A stretch of DNA of 64,000 nt, from positions 1,051 through 65,050 of the forward strand of contig JAGXBE010000001.1 in NCBI GenBank assembly GCA_018971265.1, given 5' to 3'. A model generated the notes under the pieces. The model had not been told where the DNA came from. It ran no database searches and was given only the letters and a program-made list of their open reading frames with translations. Numbering within the stretch: the stretch's first letter is position 1; the number at the start of each line of letters is the position of its first letter. The stretch is from Patescibacteria group bacterium (GTDB taxonomy: Bacteria > Patescibacteriota > Minisyncoccia > Phycocordibacterales > Phycocordibacteraceae). The translations under genes and the position numbers were made by a program. Of this stretch, positions 49,060 to 59,900 are shown in pieces.

Positions 49060-49455
49060 ATGGCAACTGCTTTCATCACCGCAGTCGGACGCCGCAAGAC
49101 CGCCATCGCAAGCGTACGCATCACCCCTGCGCCCAAAGCGAGTGTGACGGTCAATGGCAAGTCGCCAAAAGAATATTTCAAGACGAATGAGCGCGCGAAA
49201 GTAGCCGAAGAGGCGCTCGAAGTCGCCGGGAGCGCGGAGTCGTACGCGGTCACCGCGCACATCGAGGGTGGCGGCATCGCGGCCCAAGCCGATGCGCTCC
49301 GCCATGCCATCAGTCGCGCCCTCATCAAGGCAGAGCCGAACACGCGCGCAGTACTCAAGAGCGCGAAGTTTCTCACCCGCGACCCTCGTGCCAAAGAACG
49401 CAAGAAACCGGGTCTCGTAAAGGCTCGCAAAGCCAAGCAGTGGAGCAAGCGCTAG
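49060..49455 (+). CDS. rpsI: 30S ribosomal protein S9
   Basis: GRRKTAIASVRI ... GGGIAAQADALRHAISRAL. Confidence 0.9.
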   Translation: MATAFITAVGRRKTAIASVRITPAPKASVTVNGKSPKEYFKTNERAKVAEEALEVAGSAESYAVTAHIEGGGIAAQADALRHAISRALIKAEPNTRAVLKSAKFLTRDPRAKERKKPGLVKARKAKQWSKR

Positions 49456-49472
49456 TTTAATTTAAGGATAAA

Positions 49473-49498
49473 ATCGGTCTATACAGACCGATTTTTTT
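49473..49498 (+). terminator. Rho-independent terminator after rpsI
   Basis: Hairpin atcggtct-atac-agaccgat followed by TTTTTTT. Confidence 0.8.
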
Positions 49499-49531
49499 GA
49501 CTATGCTTTCCGTTTCAGGCATAGTGGCGGG

Positions 49532-50086
49532 ATGGATGAACACGAAGATGATGTTGTAATGGAACCGGAGCATATGTCTGCCAAAGAAGCAGACGGCGAG
49601 GAAGAGGGGGGGGAGCGACCTGAGAAAAGAATCGCAAAGATGCGCGAGGAGCTTGCCGCGTGCCGAAAAGAAAAACAGGAAAACCTGGATGGCTGGCAAC
49701 GGGCAAAGGCCGACTACGTGAATCTGCTCAAGCGATTTGAAATAGAGACAAAGACCGCGAAACTTTCGGGAGTGGTCAAGGCCGTCGAAACGCTCTTACC
49801 GGCCTTTGACGCGCTCGAGCGCTCCAAGGAGCATGGCGAGATACCGGAGGGATTCCTCGCTATCGCGCGCCAGCTCGAGGGCGCGTTCGCTTCGCTCGGG
49901 CTTATCCCCCTTGGGGAGGTCGGCGAGCGTTTTGACCCGACGTTCCACGAGGCGCTCGGACAAGACGCGGCCGAGAACGCCGAAGTAGACGACACCGTCA
50001 CCGTAGTACTGGAAAAAGGGTGGAAGATCGGTGGGGATGTGGTGCGCCCGGCGAAAGTCCGTGTCGCGCACTTTGCACGCAAATAA
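49532..50086 (+). CDS. grpE: nucleotide exchange factor GrpE
   Basis: Acidic N-terminus, coiled coil and a GrpE beta-domain. Position ahead of dnaK. Confidence 0.85.
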   Translation: MDEHEDDVVMEPEHMSAKEADGEEEGGERPEKRIAKMREELAACRKEKQENLDGWQRAKADYVNLLKRFEIETKTAKLSGVVKAVETLLPAFDALERSKEHGEIPEGFLAIARQLEGAFASLGLIPLGEVGERFDPTFHEALGQDAAENAEVDDTVTVVLEKGWKIGGDVVRPAKVRVAHFARK

Positions 50087-50124
50087 TAAGGAGTATAAAA
50101 TAGACTCTCTAACTTTAAAAATAT

Positions 50125-52029
50125 ATGGCAAAAATTCTTGGAATCGATTTGGGGACGACGAACTCCGCGATGGCAATCGTAGAAGGCGGCGAGCCACGCG
50201 TTCTCGAAAACGCCGAGGGCGCCCGCACGACCCCCTCTATCGTCGCGGTGGGGAAGAACGGCGAGCGCATCGTCGGCACGCTTGCGAAACGTCAGTCGGT
50301 CACGAACCCGCTCAACACCATATTCCAGATTAAACGCTTCATCGGCCACTCCTTTGATGAGCCGGAGGTGCAAAAGGACAAGGCCGTCGTCCCATTTGAA
50401 ATGCGTAAAGCCGACAATGGCGGTATCGAGGTCAAAATGAACGATAAGTGGTATCGCTCGGAAGAGGTTTCGGCGATGATCCTTGGGAAACTAAAAACAG
50501 ACGCGGAGGCCAAACTTGGCGAGAAAATAACCGAGGCGGTCATTACCGTTCCCGCCTACTTCAACGACGATCAGCGGAGCGCGACGAAAGCCGCCGGACA
50601 AATCGCCGGTCTCGACGTAAAGCGCATCATCAACGAACCGACTGCGGCCGCGCTTGCGTACGGATTCAATAAAAAGAAAGATGAAAAAATAGCGGTCTTC
50701 GACTTCGGCGGCGGTACGTTCGATATTTCGGTGCTTGAAGTGGGCGATGACGTCATCGAAGTAAAGAGCACCGACGGCGACGCGCACCTCGGCGGCAAGG
50801 ATATCGACCAGAAGATAATCAACTGGCTCGCGGACGAATTCAAAAAAGAAAGCGGCATCGACGTGCGAGGCGACGCCCTTGCCCGCCAGCGACTCGACGA
50901 GGCCGCGGAAAAGGCGAAAATTGAGCTCTCGAGCGCGATGGAGACGGAAATAAATATCCCGTTTCTTACCTCCGACGCCTCCGGCCCGCGCCACCTGCTC
51001 ATCAAGATGACCCGCGCAAAGCTCGAAGAGCTTTCGGGCGAATTCATCGAGCGCGCGATGGCCATCACCAAGCGCGCGATGGAGGCCTCGCCATTCAAAA
51101 TTGGCGATATCCAGGAGGTCATCCTCGTGGGCGGCCAGACGCGTATGCCGGCTATCCAAACGGCCGTTGAGAAATTCTTCGGCAAAAAGCCGAATATGAG
51201 CGTGAACCCCGACGAAGTCGTCGCGGTTGGCGCCGCTATTCAGGCGGGCATCCTCCAGGGCGATGTGAAAGACATTCTGCTGGTCGACGTCATCCCGCTC
51301 TCGCTTGCCATTGAAACGATGGGCGGCGTCGCAACCAAGATCGTCGAGCGCAATACTGCCATACCAACCTCTCGCTCGCAAACCTTTTCAACCGCGGCCG
51401 ACAATCAGCCCTCGGTTGAGATTCATATCACGCAAGGCGAACGCGCGATGAGCGCTGACAACAAATCGCTCGGAAAATTTATGCTCGACGGCATCCCGCC
51501 GGCTCCCCGTGGCATGCCGCAAGTGGAAGTGACCTTCGACGTGGACGCATCCGGAATCCTCACCGTGAAAGCCAAGGAGAAGACTACCGGGAAGGAGCAG
51601 AGCATCCGTATCGAAGGATCGACCGGTCTCTCCAAAGAAGATATTGAAAAAATGACGGCGGACGCCGAAGCGCACGCCGCGGACGACGCAAAGCGCAAAG
51701 AGCTCATCGATGCGCGCAACATCGCCGACCAGACAGTCTATGCCGCGGAGAAAGCGATAAAGGACAACGGCGAGAAAGCGGGTGCGGAAGTGGTGAAAGA
51801 GGTGCAGGACAAGATCGACGCCTTGAAAGTCGCCCGCGAAAGCGAGGACGCAGGCACCATCAAGGGCGCAACCGAAGCACTTTCTTCGACGCTCTCAAAA
51901 ATTGGGGAAGCCATGATGAAGAGTCAAACACCGCCTACGGGCGAGACCCCGCCGGCCTCTGACGACGGCGGGCAGACGCCCCCACCTGAGCCCTCCGGCC
52001 CCACCGACGCCGAATTTAAAGAGCAGTAA
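50125..52029 (+). CDS. dnaK: molecular chaperone DnaK (Hsp70)
   Basis: [18 protein letters not shown] and the other Hsp70 signatures. Confidence 0.97.
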   Translation: MAKILGIDLGTTNSAMAIVEGGEPRVLENAEGARTTPSIVAVGKNGERIVGTLAKRQSVTNPLNTIFQIKRFIGHSFDEPEVQKDKAVVPFEMRKADNGGIEVKMNDKWYRSEEVSAMILGKLKTDAEAKLGEKITEAVITVPAYFNDDQRSATKAAGQIAGLDVKRIINEPTAAALAYGFNKKKDEKIAVFDFGGGTFDISVLEVGDDVIEVKSTDGDAHLGGKDIDQKIINWLADEFKKESGIDVRGDALARQRLDEAAEKAKIELSSAMETEINIPFLTSDASGPRHLLIKMTRAKLEELSGEFIERAMAITKRAMEASPFKIGDIQEVILVGGQTRMPAIQTAVEKFFGKKPNMSVNPDEVVAVGAAIQAGILQGDVKDILLVDVIPLSLAIETMGGVATKIVERNTAIPTSRSQTFSTAADNQPSVEIHITQGERAMSADNKSLGKFMLDGIPPAPRGMPQVEVTFDVDASGILTVKAKEKTTGKEQSIRIEGSTGLSKEDIEKMTADAEAHAADDAKRKELIDARNIADQTVYAAEKAIKDNGEKAGAEVVKEVQDKIDALKVARESEDAGTIKGATEALSSTLSKIGEAMMKSQTPPTGETPPASDDGGQTPPPEPSGPTDAEFKEQ

Positions 52030-52035
52030 AAGAAA

Positions 52036-53124
52036 ATGACGAAAGATTATTACAACGTGCTCGGCGTCGATCGGAAGGCGTCACAGGACGATATCAAGAA
52101 GGCATTCCGCAAGCTCGCGCACAAGTATCACCCCGACAAAGGTGGTACCGATGAAGCGAGGTTCAAGGAAATCACCGAGGCATACGCCGTTTTAAGCGAC
52201 GACAAAAAGCGACGCGAGTACGATACCTATGGACAGGCGTTTCCCGGCGGCGCCTCCGGCGCACCACAGGGCGGACAGGGCTTCGGCGGGTTCGACTTCA
52301 GCCAGTTCCAGCAAGGATTCGGTCATGGCGGCGTCGAGTTCGATTTCGGCGATCTCTTTGGTGATGTGTTTGGAGGGGCGCGCGGCGGCCAAACCCGGGC
52401 TCCTCGCGGCCGCGATATTTCAATTGATCTCGAGATTCCTTTCAAGGATGCCGTCTTCGGCACCACCCGCACCGTCCTTATCGCAAAAGTCTCTACCTGC
52501 GACATCTGCCACGGCAGCGGGGCCAAGCCCGGCACCGAACTCGAAACGTGCAAAACCTGCAACGGCAGCGGCCGCGTCCATGAGACGCGCAACTCCATCC
52601 TCGGGCAATTCACCAGCGTGCGTACCTGCACCGCCTGTGACGGCAGCGGAAAGATACCAAAAGAAAAATGCACCGAGTGCAAGGGGCATGGCGTGAAGCG
52701 GAAAGAAGAAGAAGTAAAAATCAGCATTCCCGCCGGCATCGATAATGGGGAGATGATACGCCTCCCGCAACAGGGCGAGGCGATAAAGACGGGCATCGCG
52801 GGCGACCTGTATGTAAAAGTGCATGTAAAGCCACACGCAATTTTTCGCCGCGACGGCTCGAACCTTGTCATGGATCTGCCGGTGAAGTTCACCGATGCGC
52901 TTCTCGGCACAACCGTCTCAATCGAATCTCTGGAAGGAAAGACGCTTGAAGTAAAGATCCCGCCAATGAAGCGTGCAGAAGAGCTTTTGCGCGTGCGCGG
53001 CAAGGGTATTCCGGAGGGCAATAGCCGCGGCGATCTTATCATTCGCCTCGAAGTCGCCCTCCCGCATAAACTTTCTGGAAAAGCGAAAAAAGCGGTTGAA
53101 GACCTGCGAAGCGAAGGACTTTGA
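52036..53124 (+). CDS. dnaJ: molecular chaperone DnaJ
   Basis: J-domain with HPD, a G/F region and four CxxCxGxG zinc repeats. Confidence 0.95.
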   Translation: MTKDYYNVLGVDRKASQDDIKKAFRKLAHKYHPDKGGTDEARFKEITEAYAVLSDDKKRREYDTYGQAFPGGASGAPQGGQGFGGFDFSQFQQGFGHGGVEFDFGDLFGDVFGGARGGQTRAPRGRDISIDLEIPFKDAVFGTTRTVLIAKVSTCDICHGSGAKPGTELETCKTCNGSGRVHETRNSILGQFTSVRTCTACDGSGKIPKEKCTECKGHGVKRKEEEVKISIPAGIDNGEMIRLPQQGEAIKTGIAGDLYVKVHVKPHAIFRRDGSNLVMDLPVKFTDALLGTTVSIESLEGKTLEVKIPPMKRAEELLRVRGKGIPEGNSRGDLIIRLEVALPHKLSGKAKKAVEDLRSEGL

Positions 53125-53145
53125 GTTCACCCCTCGGTTTTTCTT

Positions 53146-53712
53146 TTGCCTCCCGCATTATTGCAGGGTGTATACTATTGTCTATTGTCTATGACCGCAA
53201 CCGGCAGCATCGCACAGGTGAACGCACTCGCGACGCACACTGCGCTCTCGGTGTGGGGCGGCGCAAGCGATTTCCTCATTATCCTCATCCTGCTCTCGGT
53301 ATTCTTTCTCTTCGCATGGTACGTCGGACGGGGGCCCTTCGTCGCCGTACTGCTCGCGTTTTACACCGCTTATGCGCTCTATGTGGCATTTCCGTATATG
53401 GCGTATCTACCGACCGCCCCCGCGGTGACAGCGCTCCTTGCACACATCGGTCTCTATATGGCTCTGACTCTTGGTTTCTATATCATCCTGCGGCGCGTCG
53501 TCGTCTCCGACTTCCTCTACATCGGCATATTCGGGCTCATCGCGCTCTCCTTCCTTGGCGCGGCATTCCTGCTCGCACTCGCGTACCACGTCTTTCCGGT
53601 TGCCTCGGTCTATCACTTCACCCCCGCCGTTGAAATCCTTTTCGCGCCAAAACAATACTTCTTCTGGTGGTTCATCGCCCCCGCCGTCGGCCTCTTCTTC
53701 CTCGCGCGATAA
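53146..53712 (+). CDS. hypothetical polytopic membrane protein
   Basis: Five to six hydrophobic helices. An alternative start lies at MTATGS. Confidence 0.45.
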   Translation: MPPALLQGVYYCLLSMTATGSIAQVNALATHTALSVWGGASDFLIILILLSVFFLFAWYVGRGPFVAVLLAFYTAYALYVAFPYMAYLPTAPAVTALLAHIGLYMALTLGFYIILRRVVVSDFLYIGIFGLIALSFLGAAFLLALAYHVFPVASVYHFTPAVEILFAPKQYFFWWFIAPAVGLFFLAR

Positions 53713-53772
53713 GCTTTCAGAATCTCATTCCTCGCTCGCTCGGTAGTAGCATCGCCGTGATATAATTCGCGC

Positions 53773-55026
53773 ATGACGTTTGCTGAAGAGCTGCGGGCGC
53801 GCGGATTGGTAGAACACACCTCAGCGCCGCTCGAGCAAATCCTGGCCGGTGCACGCACGGCGTATTTCGGCATCGACCCGACCGCTGACTCGATGCAGAT
53901 CGGGAATCTCGCCGTCGTGCTCCTCATGAGGCGTCTCGGAGAGGCGGGCAATAAGCTCATGTTTCTCGTCGGGGGCGCCACGGGAACTATTGGCGACCCG
54001 AAAGAAAGAGGGGAACGCCCGATGCTTGACGAAAAGACCGTCGCGGCGAATACCCGCGCGCTCAAGAGCCAGCTGACAAAAATCCTCGGACGAACCTCTT
54101 TCAAGATGGTCGATAATGCGGATTGGCTTTCAAAGGTTAAGCTCCTCCCATTCTTGCGGGATGTCGGCAAGAACTTTACCGTCAACGATTTGATAAAACG
54201 AGATATCATAAAAACGCGCCTTGAAACACCGGATGAGAGTATTTCCTATACCGAGTTCACCTATGCGCTCCTCCAAGGTTTGGATTATCTGACTCTCCAT
54301 GAGAAATATGGTGTCGACCTCCAAGTCGGCGGCTCCGACCAATGGACGAACATGCTCTCCGGTGTCGACCTCATCCGGAAGCGACTAGGGAAGCAAGTCT
54401 ACGCGCTCGGCATGCCGCTTATCACGGACGCTGCGGGCAAGAAATTTGGCAAATCGGAAGGAAACGCGCTTTGGCTCGATCCAAAGAAGACCTCGCCGTT
54501 TCGTTTTTATCAGTTTTGGATGAATCTTCCGGATGAAGGCATCGAGAACTACTTGAAAGTGTACACCTTCCTGCCGCTCTCTGAAATTAATGTGCTTATG
54601 GAGCTGCATCATCGCAACCCTGCCGAACGACAGGCTCAAGAAACGCTTGCGCGTCTCGTAACCGAAATCGTGCATGGACCTGCGGCGACTGCACAAGCGG
54701 CGGCGGCAACCGATGCGCTTTTCGGGGACACGCCTTTCAGCGAGCTCTCGCGCGAAGCGCTTGCCGTTGCGCTTGCCGAAGCTCCGTCAATAACGCTCTC
54801 GGGAAAAGAACTCAGGGACGGTTTTTCACTCGCCGAAGCGCTTGCCGCAGGCGGTCTCGCCTCCTCAAAAAACGAAGCCCGCCGTCTCATTGAAGGGAAG
54901 GGGATTGTGCTCTCCGGAATGACTGTTGAAAATCTCGATCAGAAACTTTATCCGGGCGACCTCGCAAACGGCCATGCCCTCGTACGCCGCGGCAAACAGG
55001 GTGTCTTGATTCTCGTTTTGAAATAA
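53773..55026 (+). CDS. tyrS: tyrosine--tRNA ligase
   Basis: Class I core (YFGIDPTADSMQIGN, KFGKSEGN) and a C-terminal S4-like domain. Confidence 0.9.
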   Translation: MTFAEELRARGLVEHTSAPLEQILAGARTAYFGIDPTADSMQIGNLAVVLLMRRLGEAGNKLMFLVGGATGTIGDPKERGERPMLDEKTVAANTRALKSQLTKILGRTSFKMVDNADWLSKVKLLPFLRDVGKNFTVNDLIKRDIIKTRLETPDESISYTEFTYALLQGLDYLTLHEKYGVDLQVGGSDQWTNMLSGVDLIRKRLGKQVYALGMPLITDAAGKKFGKSEGNALWLDPKKTSPFRFYQFWMNLPDEGIENYLKVYTFLPLSEINVLMELHHRNPAERQAQETLARLVTEIVHGPAATAQAAAATDALFGDTPFSELSREALAVALAEAPSITLSGKELRDGFSLAEALAAGGLASSKNEARRLIEGKGIVLSGMTVENLDQKLYPGDLANGHALVRRGKQGVLILVLK

Positions 55027-55054
55027 AACAAAAATCCGCTATAGTGGCACTATC

Positions 55055-55141
55055 GCGTCGGTGGCGGAGCGGTCAATCGCAACAGGCTGTAAACCTGTCG
55101 GGCATAGCCCTACGAAGGTTCGAATCCTTCCCGGCGCACCA
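55055..55141 (+). tRNA. tRNA-Tyr (anticodon GTA), class II with a long variable arm, CCA encoded
   Basis: Acceptor gcgtcgg/ccggcgc, anticodon stem acagg/cctgt with loop CTGTAAA, variable arm cgggcatagccctac, T-arm gaagg-ttcgaat-ccttc, then CCA. TATAGT box 7 nt upstream. Confidence 0.8.
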
Positions 55142-55260
55142 TGGTTTGGACGAAACCCAGTTTGGGCAAGTCCCGTGTAGCATCAGCGCTGCACCGTGCC
55201 AAACGGCCTTGGGAAAAATATCCCGGGGCCGTTTTTTATTCGATATGGTATCGTAGTCGC

Positions 55261-56223
55261 ATGAACGATACAAAGCCCGTCCTTGTTTCCGGTATCAAAC
55301 CGACCGGCGACTTGCATATCGGCAATTACTTCGGCGCGATGCGCCAGTTCGTCGAACTTTCAAGGGCGGGGAAGTATCGTCCTTTTGTTTTTGTCGCTGA
55401 TTATCACGCTCTAAATTCAATGCAAGAGCATGAAGAGATGCGCCGGCGCACTCGAGAACTTGTGGTGGCCTACCTCGCCGTCGGACTCGACCCAAAAGAA
55501 GTCGTACTTTTCAAGCAATCCGATGTGCCGGCGCATACCGAACTCTGTTGGATTTTCGACACCATCACCACCATGCCATATCTCATGCGCGCCCATGCGT
55601 ATAAGGATGCGGAGGCGAGGAATAAAGAAATAAACGTCGGTACTTTCAACTATCCGATGCTCATGGCGGCCGACATTCTCCTCTACGACGCGGCGGTCGT
55701 GCCGGTGGGGGCTGATCAGAAACAGCATATCGAGTATGCGCGTGATACCGCGGAAAAGTTCAATCGCGTCTACAGAACCGATCTTTTCAAACTTCCCGAG
55801 CCGTACATCATGGCGGACGTCGCGGTCGTTCCCGGTACCGACGGACAAAAGATGAGCAAGAGTTACGGCAACGTCATACCGCTTTTTGCATCGCGCGAGG
55901 AGCTTGCGAGGCGCGTGATGAGCATCGTTACCGATTCTTCAGGCGAGCGCCCTGAAAACGTGTACGCTATTCACAAGCTCGTGCGAAGCGAGGGCGAGCT
56001 TGAAAAGATGTATGACGAATATCAGGGCGATTACAAGATGCTCAAAGAATTGCTTGTCGAAGATCTCGATCGCTATCTAGCCCCCATTCGCGCAAAGTAT
56101 GAAGAACTCCAAAGCGACCCTGGCATCATTGAGGAAATTCTCGGGGAAGGAAAGCGAGAGGCGCGCGCGATAAGCGAAGCGAAGATGGAAGAGGTGCGCC
56201 GGACCATCGGTGTGGCATACTAG
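55261..56223 (+). CDS. trpS: tryptophan--tRNA ligase
   Basis: Start at MNDTKPV (the upstream in-frame extension from 55141 would overlap tRNA-Tyr). TGDLHIGNY and KMSKS motifs. Confidence 0.9.
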   Translation: MNDTKPVLVSGIKPTGDLHIGNYFGAMRQFVELSRAGKYRPFVFVADYHALNSMQEHEEMRRRTRELVVAYLAVGLDPKEVVLFKQSDVPAHTELCWIFDTITTMPYLMRAHAYKDAEARNKEINVGTFNYPMLMAADILLYDAAVVPVGADQKQHIEYARDTAEKFNRVYRTDLFKLPEPYIMADVAVVPGTDGQKMSKSYGNVIPLFASREELARRVMSIVTDSSGERPENVYAIHKLVRSEGELEKMYDEYQGDYKMLKELLVEDLDRYLAPIRAKYEELQSDPGIIEEILGEGKREARAISEAKMEEVRRTIGVAY

Positions 56224-56227
56224 TGAC

Positions 56228-57568
56228 ATGGAACGGACGCTCATAGGGGATTTGGGGGGTCATATCGGCGAAACGATATTGATTTCGGGATGGGTAGATG
56301 TCCGGCGCGACCAGGGGAAAATGGTCTTTTTTGATTTCCGCGACCGAAGTGGTCTCGTGCAGGGCGTGGTTCTCCCGGCAAGCGCCGCGATGGAGATGGC
56401 AAAAGACGTCCGGAACGAATATGTTGTTCGTGTCGAAGGGGTCGTGAACAAACGTCCAGAAAAAAATGTTCAGGCCGGAAAGCAAAACGGCGGCCTTGAG
56501 CTTGAAATCAAGGGTATCGAGGTATTGAGCGTCGCGGAGCCGCTTCCATTCGACACCGATGCGGATATCAATCTTGACACAATGCTCGATTACCGACCGC
56601 TCACCATTCGTCGTGAGCGCGAAAAAGCCATTTTCAAGGTCCAGCACGAAATCATCTCCGGTTTTCGTGAGTATCTCGACAAGAACGGCTTCACCGAATT
56701 CCAGGCTCCGAAACTCGTCGGCGACGATGCTGAGGGCGGCGCCGGCGTTTTCAAGGTTGAATATTTTAAAGATCGCAGTGCATATCTCGCAACCTCGCCT
56801 CAACTCTACAAGCAGATGATGGTCGGCGCGTTCGAGCGCGTTTATGCGACCGGTCCCCAATTTCGCGCCGAAAAGCATGCGACGACGCGTCACCTGAACG
56901 AAATCTCCATGCTCGACTTCGAGATGGGTTTTATCGAGGACCATACCGAGGTTATGCGCATGATCGAGGGAGCGCTCAGACACATTACCGACCGACTTGC
57001 AAGGCGCGCCGGTGATGCGTTCGCCGCCACCGGCGCCTCGCTTCCGCTTCTGCCAGAATCGTTTCCGGTTCTGAAGCTCCGTGAAGCGCAGAAAATTCTC
57101 GGCATTTCTCCCGAACCGGATCTTGAGCCAGAACATGAGCGCAGAATATGTGAATGGGCACAAAAAGAGAGAGGGAGCGACTTCATCTTCATCACCCATT
57201 ATCCCGTCTCGAAACGTCCCTTCTATACGATGGAAGATCCCGAAGACCCGGGGTTCACGAAAAGCTTCGATCTTCTTTTCCGCGGCGTTGAAATTCTTTC
57301 CGGTAGCCAGCGCGTCCATGAGTACGGTGTTCTTACCGAGAAAATTCGCGCCAAGGGCCTTAATCCTGAGAAATTTTCGTTCTATCTCATGGCATTCAAA
57401 TACGGGATGCCGCCTCACGGCGGCATCGGCATGGGACTTGAGCGTCTCACACAGAAATATCTGGGGCTCGACAATGTGAAAGAAGCGACGCTCTTCCCTC
57501 GCGACATGAATCGTATTGACGTGCTTCTTTCAAGCTCCATACCCGATGAATCCGACAGCGACATCTAA
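56228..57568 (+). CDS. aspS: class IIb aspartate--tRNA ligase (archaeal-type AspRS/AsnRS family, possibly non-discriminating)
   Basis: N-terminal OB anticodon-binding domain, class II motifs and GMPPHGGIGMGLERL. Asp versus Asn specificity is unresolved. Confidence 0.7.
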   Translation: MERTLIGDLGGHIGETILISGWVDVRRDQGKMVFFDFRDRSGLVQGVVLPASAAMEMAKDVRNEYVVRVEGVVNKRPEKNVQAGKQNGGLELEIKGIEVLSVAEPLPFDTDADINLDTMLDYRPLTIRREREKAIFKVQHEIISGFREYLDKNGFTEFQAPKLVGDDAEGGAGVFKVEYFKDRSAYLATSPQLYKQMMVGAFERVYATGPQFRAEKHATTRHLNEISMLDFEMGFIEDHTEVMRMIEGALRHITDRLARRAGDAFAATGASLPLLPESFPVLKLREAQKILGISPEPDLEPEHERRICEWAQKERGSDFIFITHYPVSKRPFYTMEDPEDPGFTKSFDLLFRGVEILSGSQRVHEYGVLTEKIRAKGLNPEKFSFYLMAFKYGMPPHGGIGMGLERLTQKYLGLDNVKEATLFPRDMNRIDVLLSSSIPDESDSDI

Positions 57569-58295
57569 AACCGGTTTTTCCATCGAAACGGAAGCTTACC
57601 AGGGTCCGTTTGAGCTCGTGCTCGAACTTATCGCTGCAAGGAAACTTTTGGTCAACGATCTCGCACTCGCAAATATCACGGAGGATTTCATTCAGCACGT
57701 ACGCGCGCAAGCCGCCTTCCCGGTCGAAGAGACCGCAAATTTCATCCAGATTGCCGCGATGTTGCTTCTCATTAAGTCGAAATCTCTCATCCCCGATCTC
57801 GCCTTGACCCAAGAAGAGAGTGCCGATGTCGAAGACCTCAAGCGACGACTCGAGGCGTACGAGAAAGTCCGCGAGGCCGCGCATGAACTCTCGCGCATTT
57901 TCGGAAAGACCGTGCTGCTGCCGGCAGGGGAGCGAGCCCCCGAAGTTTCTTTCGCGCCGACCCGCGACCTTTCGCAAGATGCGCTCGGGGACGCACTTGC
58001 GCGAGTTCTTGCCGCACGCGAAACAGTCGAGAGGCTTCCTGTCGCAAAGGTAACGCCGCTCGTAACTATCGAAGAGATGATGGATCGATTATCAAAGCGT
58101 GTGGAAAAAGCGTTGACAATCTCTTTTAAAGAATTTGCCGAAAACGCGAAGGAAAAAGTCGAGGTTATTGTCTCCTTTCTCGCGCTCCTTGAGCTTGTAA
58201 AACAGGGCGCTGTCGCCGCAGAACAGTATGGCTCCCATGGGGATATTCGCATACATCACGCCGCCGCAAACGCGGTTCCGCACTACGGGAGTTGA
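57516..58295 (+). CDS. scpA: segregation and condensation protein A
   Basis: ScpA-like helical protein ahead of scpB. An alternative start lies at MNPTATS. Confidence 0.75.
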   Translation: MTCFFQAPYPMNPTATSKTGFSIETEAYQGPFELVLELIAARKLLVNDLALANITEDFIQHVRAQAAFPVEETANFIQIAAMLLLIKSKSLIPDLALTQEESADVEDLKRRLEAYEKVREAAHELSRIFGKTVLLPAGERAPEVSFAPTRDLSQDALGDALARVLAARETVERLPVAKVTPLVTIEEMMDRLSKRVEKALTISFKEFAENAKEKVEVIVSFLALLELVKQGAVAAEQYGSHGDIRIHHAAANAVPHYGS

Positions 58296-58942
58296 AAAGG
58301 GGATTACAGGCCCCTCTTTTCCTTGGGAAATCTTGTTTTTGTGGTGGTGCATACGCTATGATACAAGGCATGCTTACTCCTCCAGCTGCCGTCCTTGCTC
58401 TTCTCTTCGCCTCCGGCGCTCCTCTTGAAAAGACTCGACTCGCGGAGCTCCTAGAACTTAAAGAAGCGGAGCTTAAGATAGCTCTCGCGGCGCTTTCCGA
58501 CTCTCTTGCAGGGAGCGGCATGACGCTCGTTGAGACTGAGACTGAAGCGGAACTGCGCACTGCGGCTGAAGCGTCCACTATCGTAAAGAAATTTCGCGAA
58601 GGCGAACTCACACGCGATCTCGGGAAAGCGAGCATCGAGACACTCGCGGTAATCGCCTATCAAGAGGGTGCGACGCGCGGTGAAATAGATTGGGTGCGGG
58701 GCGTTAACTCTTCCACTTCGCTCCGGACCCTTCTTATCCGCGGCCTCATTGAAGGGAAGGAAGATGCACGAGACAAGCGCCGCATACGATATGCACTTAC
58801 TACCGAGGCGTTCGCATACCTCGGTCTTTCGCGCGGTTCGGAACTCCCGCGCCATGAGGAACTTGCCTCGCAAACTGCGGTGATTATAGAAACGGAAAAA
58901 AATGCTGCTGAAGATGCTCTTGAAGCGAGTTCTCTCGTGTAG
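58292..58942 (+). CDS. scpB: segregation and condensation protein B
   Basis: Tandem winged-helix motifs (LAVIAYQEGATRGEIDWVRGVNSSTSLRTLLIRGLI). Confidence 0.8.
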   Translation: MKRGLQAPLFLGKSCFCGGAYAMIQGMLTPPAAVLALLFASGAPLEKTRLAELLELKEAELKIALAALSDSLAGSGMTLVETETEAELRTAAEASTIVKKFREGELTRDLGKASIETLAVIAYQEGATRGEIDWVRGVNSSTSLRTLLIRGLIEGKEDARDKRRIRYALTTEAFAYLGLSRGSELPRHEELASQTAVIIETEKNAAEDALEASSLV

Positions 58943-58955
58943 ATTTTACTTTTTT

Positions 58956-59900
58956 ATGGAGACCCACGATCTTGATGTGCTCGCAAAACACAATCGCTTG
59001 ATGCGCGAGAGCGGTATCGCTCTCTTTTTCGCCTCCGGGTTTCTCGCGATCTTCCTTTTTCTTCCCTCCACGCCAAAGAGCACAGCATCAACTCCGATCG
59101 TCGTTGCGCCATCCGCGCCGGACTCTTTCGCGAACGTTCCCATCGAAGCAAAGGCTGCGATAGTATACGATCTTGTTCTTGGAAAGCCGTTGTACGAGAA
59201 AAATGCTGAAGCCCAACTCCCGCTCGCTTCGCTCACGAAACTTCTCACGATATATGCCGCCCTCTCCATACTCTCGCCGAATACGCCCGTTACCATCCCT
59301 GCCGATGTCGTTCATCTCGATGCGCCGCACGCTTTTCGTGCGGGACAAATATTCTCTCTCTCTGATCTCGCACGACTCACGCTCACCGGTTCTCTTAATG
59401 ACGGCGCCGCTGCGCTCGCCGAAGCGACTGCGGCGCGCGAAAATCGTTCCGAGAGTGCCATGCTTGCCAGCGCCGCGGCGGCGCTCGGACTCTCGCAAAC
59501 CTATGCGGTCAATGGCAACGGGCTTGATGTGAATACGGCGATCTCGGGGGGGTACGGTTCGGCGCACGACCTCGCGCGTCTCGCGGGCGCTTTAGTCGAA
59601 AAAGCACCTTTGATTGCGGAGGCGACGACGAGAAGTTCCGCACAGGCTGTTTCTGAGGGAGGCACGTTTTTCTCGATAAAAAACACCGATCCTATCGTGG
59701 CCACTATCCCGCAGCTTTTGCTTTCGAAAACCGGCTATACCGATCTTGCAGGCGGCAATCTTGCGCTTGTCTTTGATGTCGGCATTGCTCATCCCGTAGC
59801 CATAGTCATTCTCGGCTCATCTGCAAAAGCTCGTTTTACCGACGGCGCTGCGCTCGTCGCCGCTACGTTTGCGCACTTCGCGGGCGTCGCTTCGCTATGA
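58956..59900 (+). CDS. D-alanyl-D-alanine carboxypeptidase (S11, PBP5-like)
   Basis: N-terminal TM, SLTKLLT (SxxK) and the SxN/KTG architecture. Confidence 0.8.
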   Translation: METHDLDVLAKHNRLMRESGIALFFASGFLAIFLFLPSTPKSTASTPIVVAPSAPDSFANVPIEAKAAIVYDLVLGKPLYEKNAEAQLPLASLTKLLTIYAALSILSPNTPVTIPADVVHLDAPHAFRAGQIFSLSDLARLTLTGSLNDGAAALAEATAARENRSESAMLASAAAALGLSQTYAVNGNGLDVNTAISGGYGSAHDLARLAGALVEKAPLIAEATTRSSAQAVSEGGTFFSIKNTDPIVATIPQLLLSKTGYTDLAGGNLALVFDVGIAHPVAIVILGSSAKARFTDGAALVAATFAHFAGVASL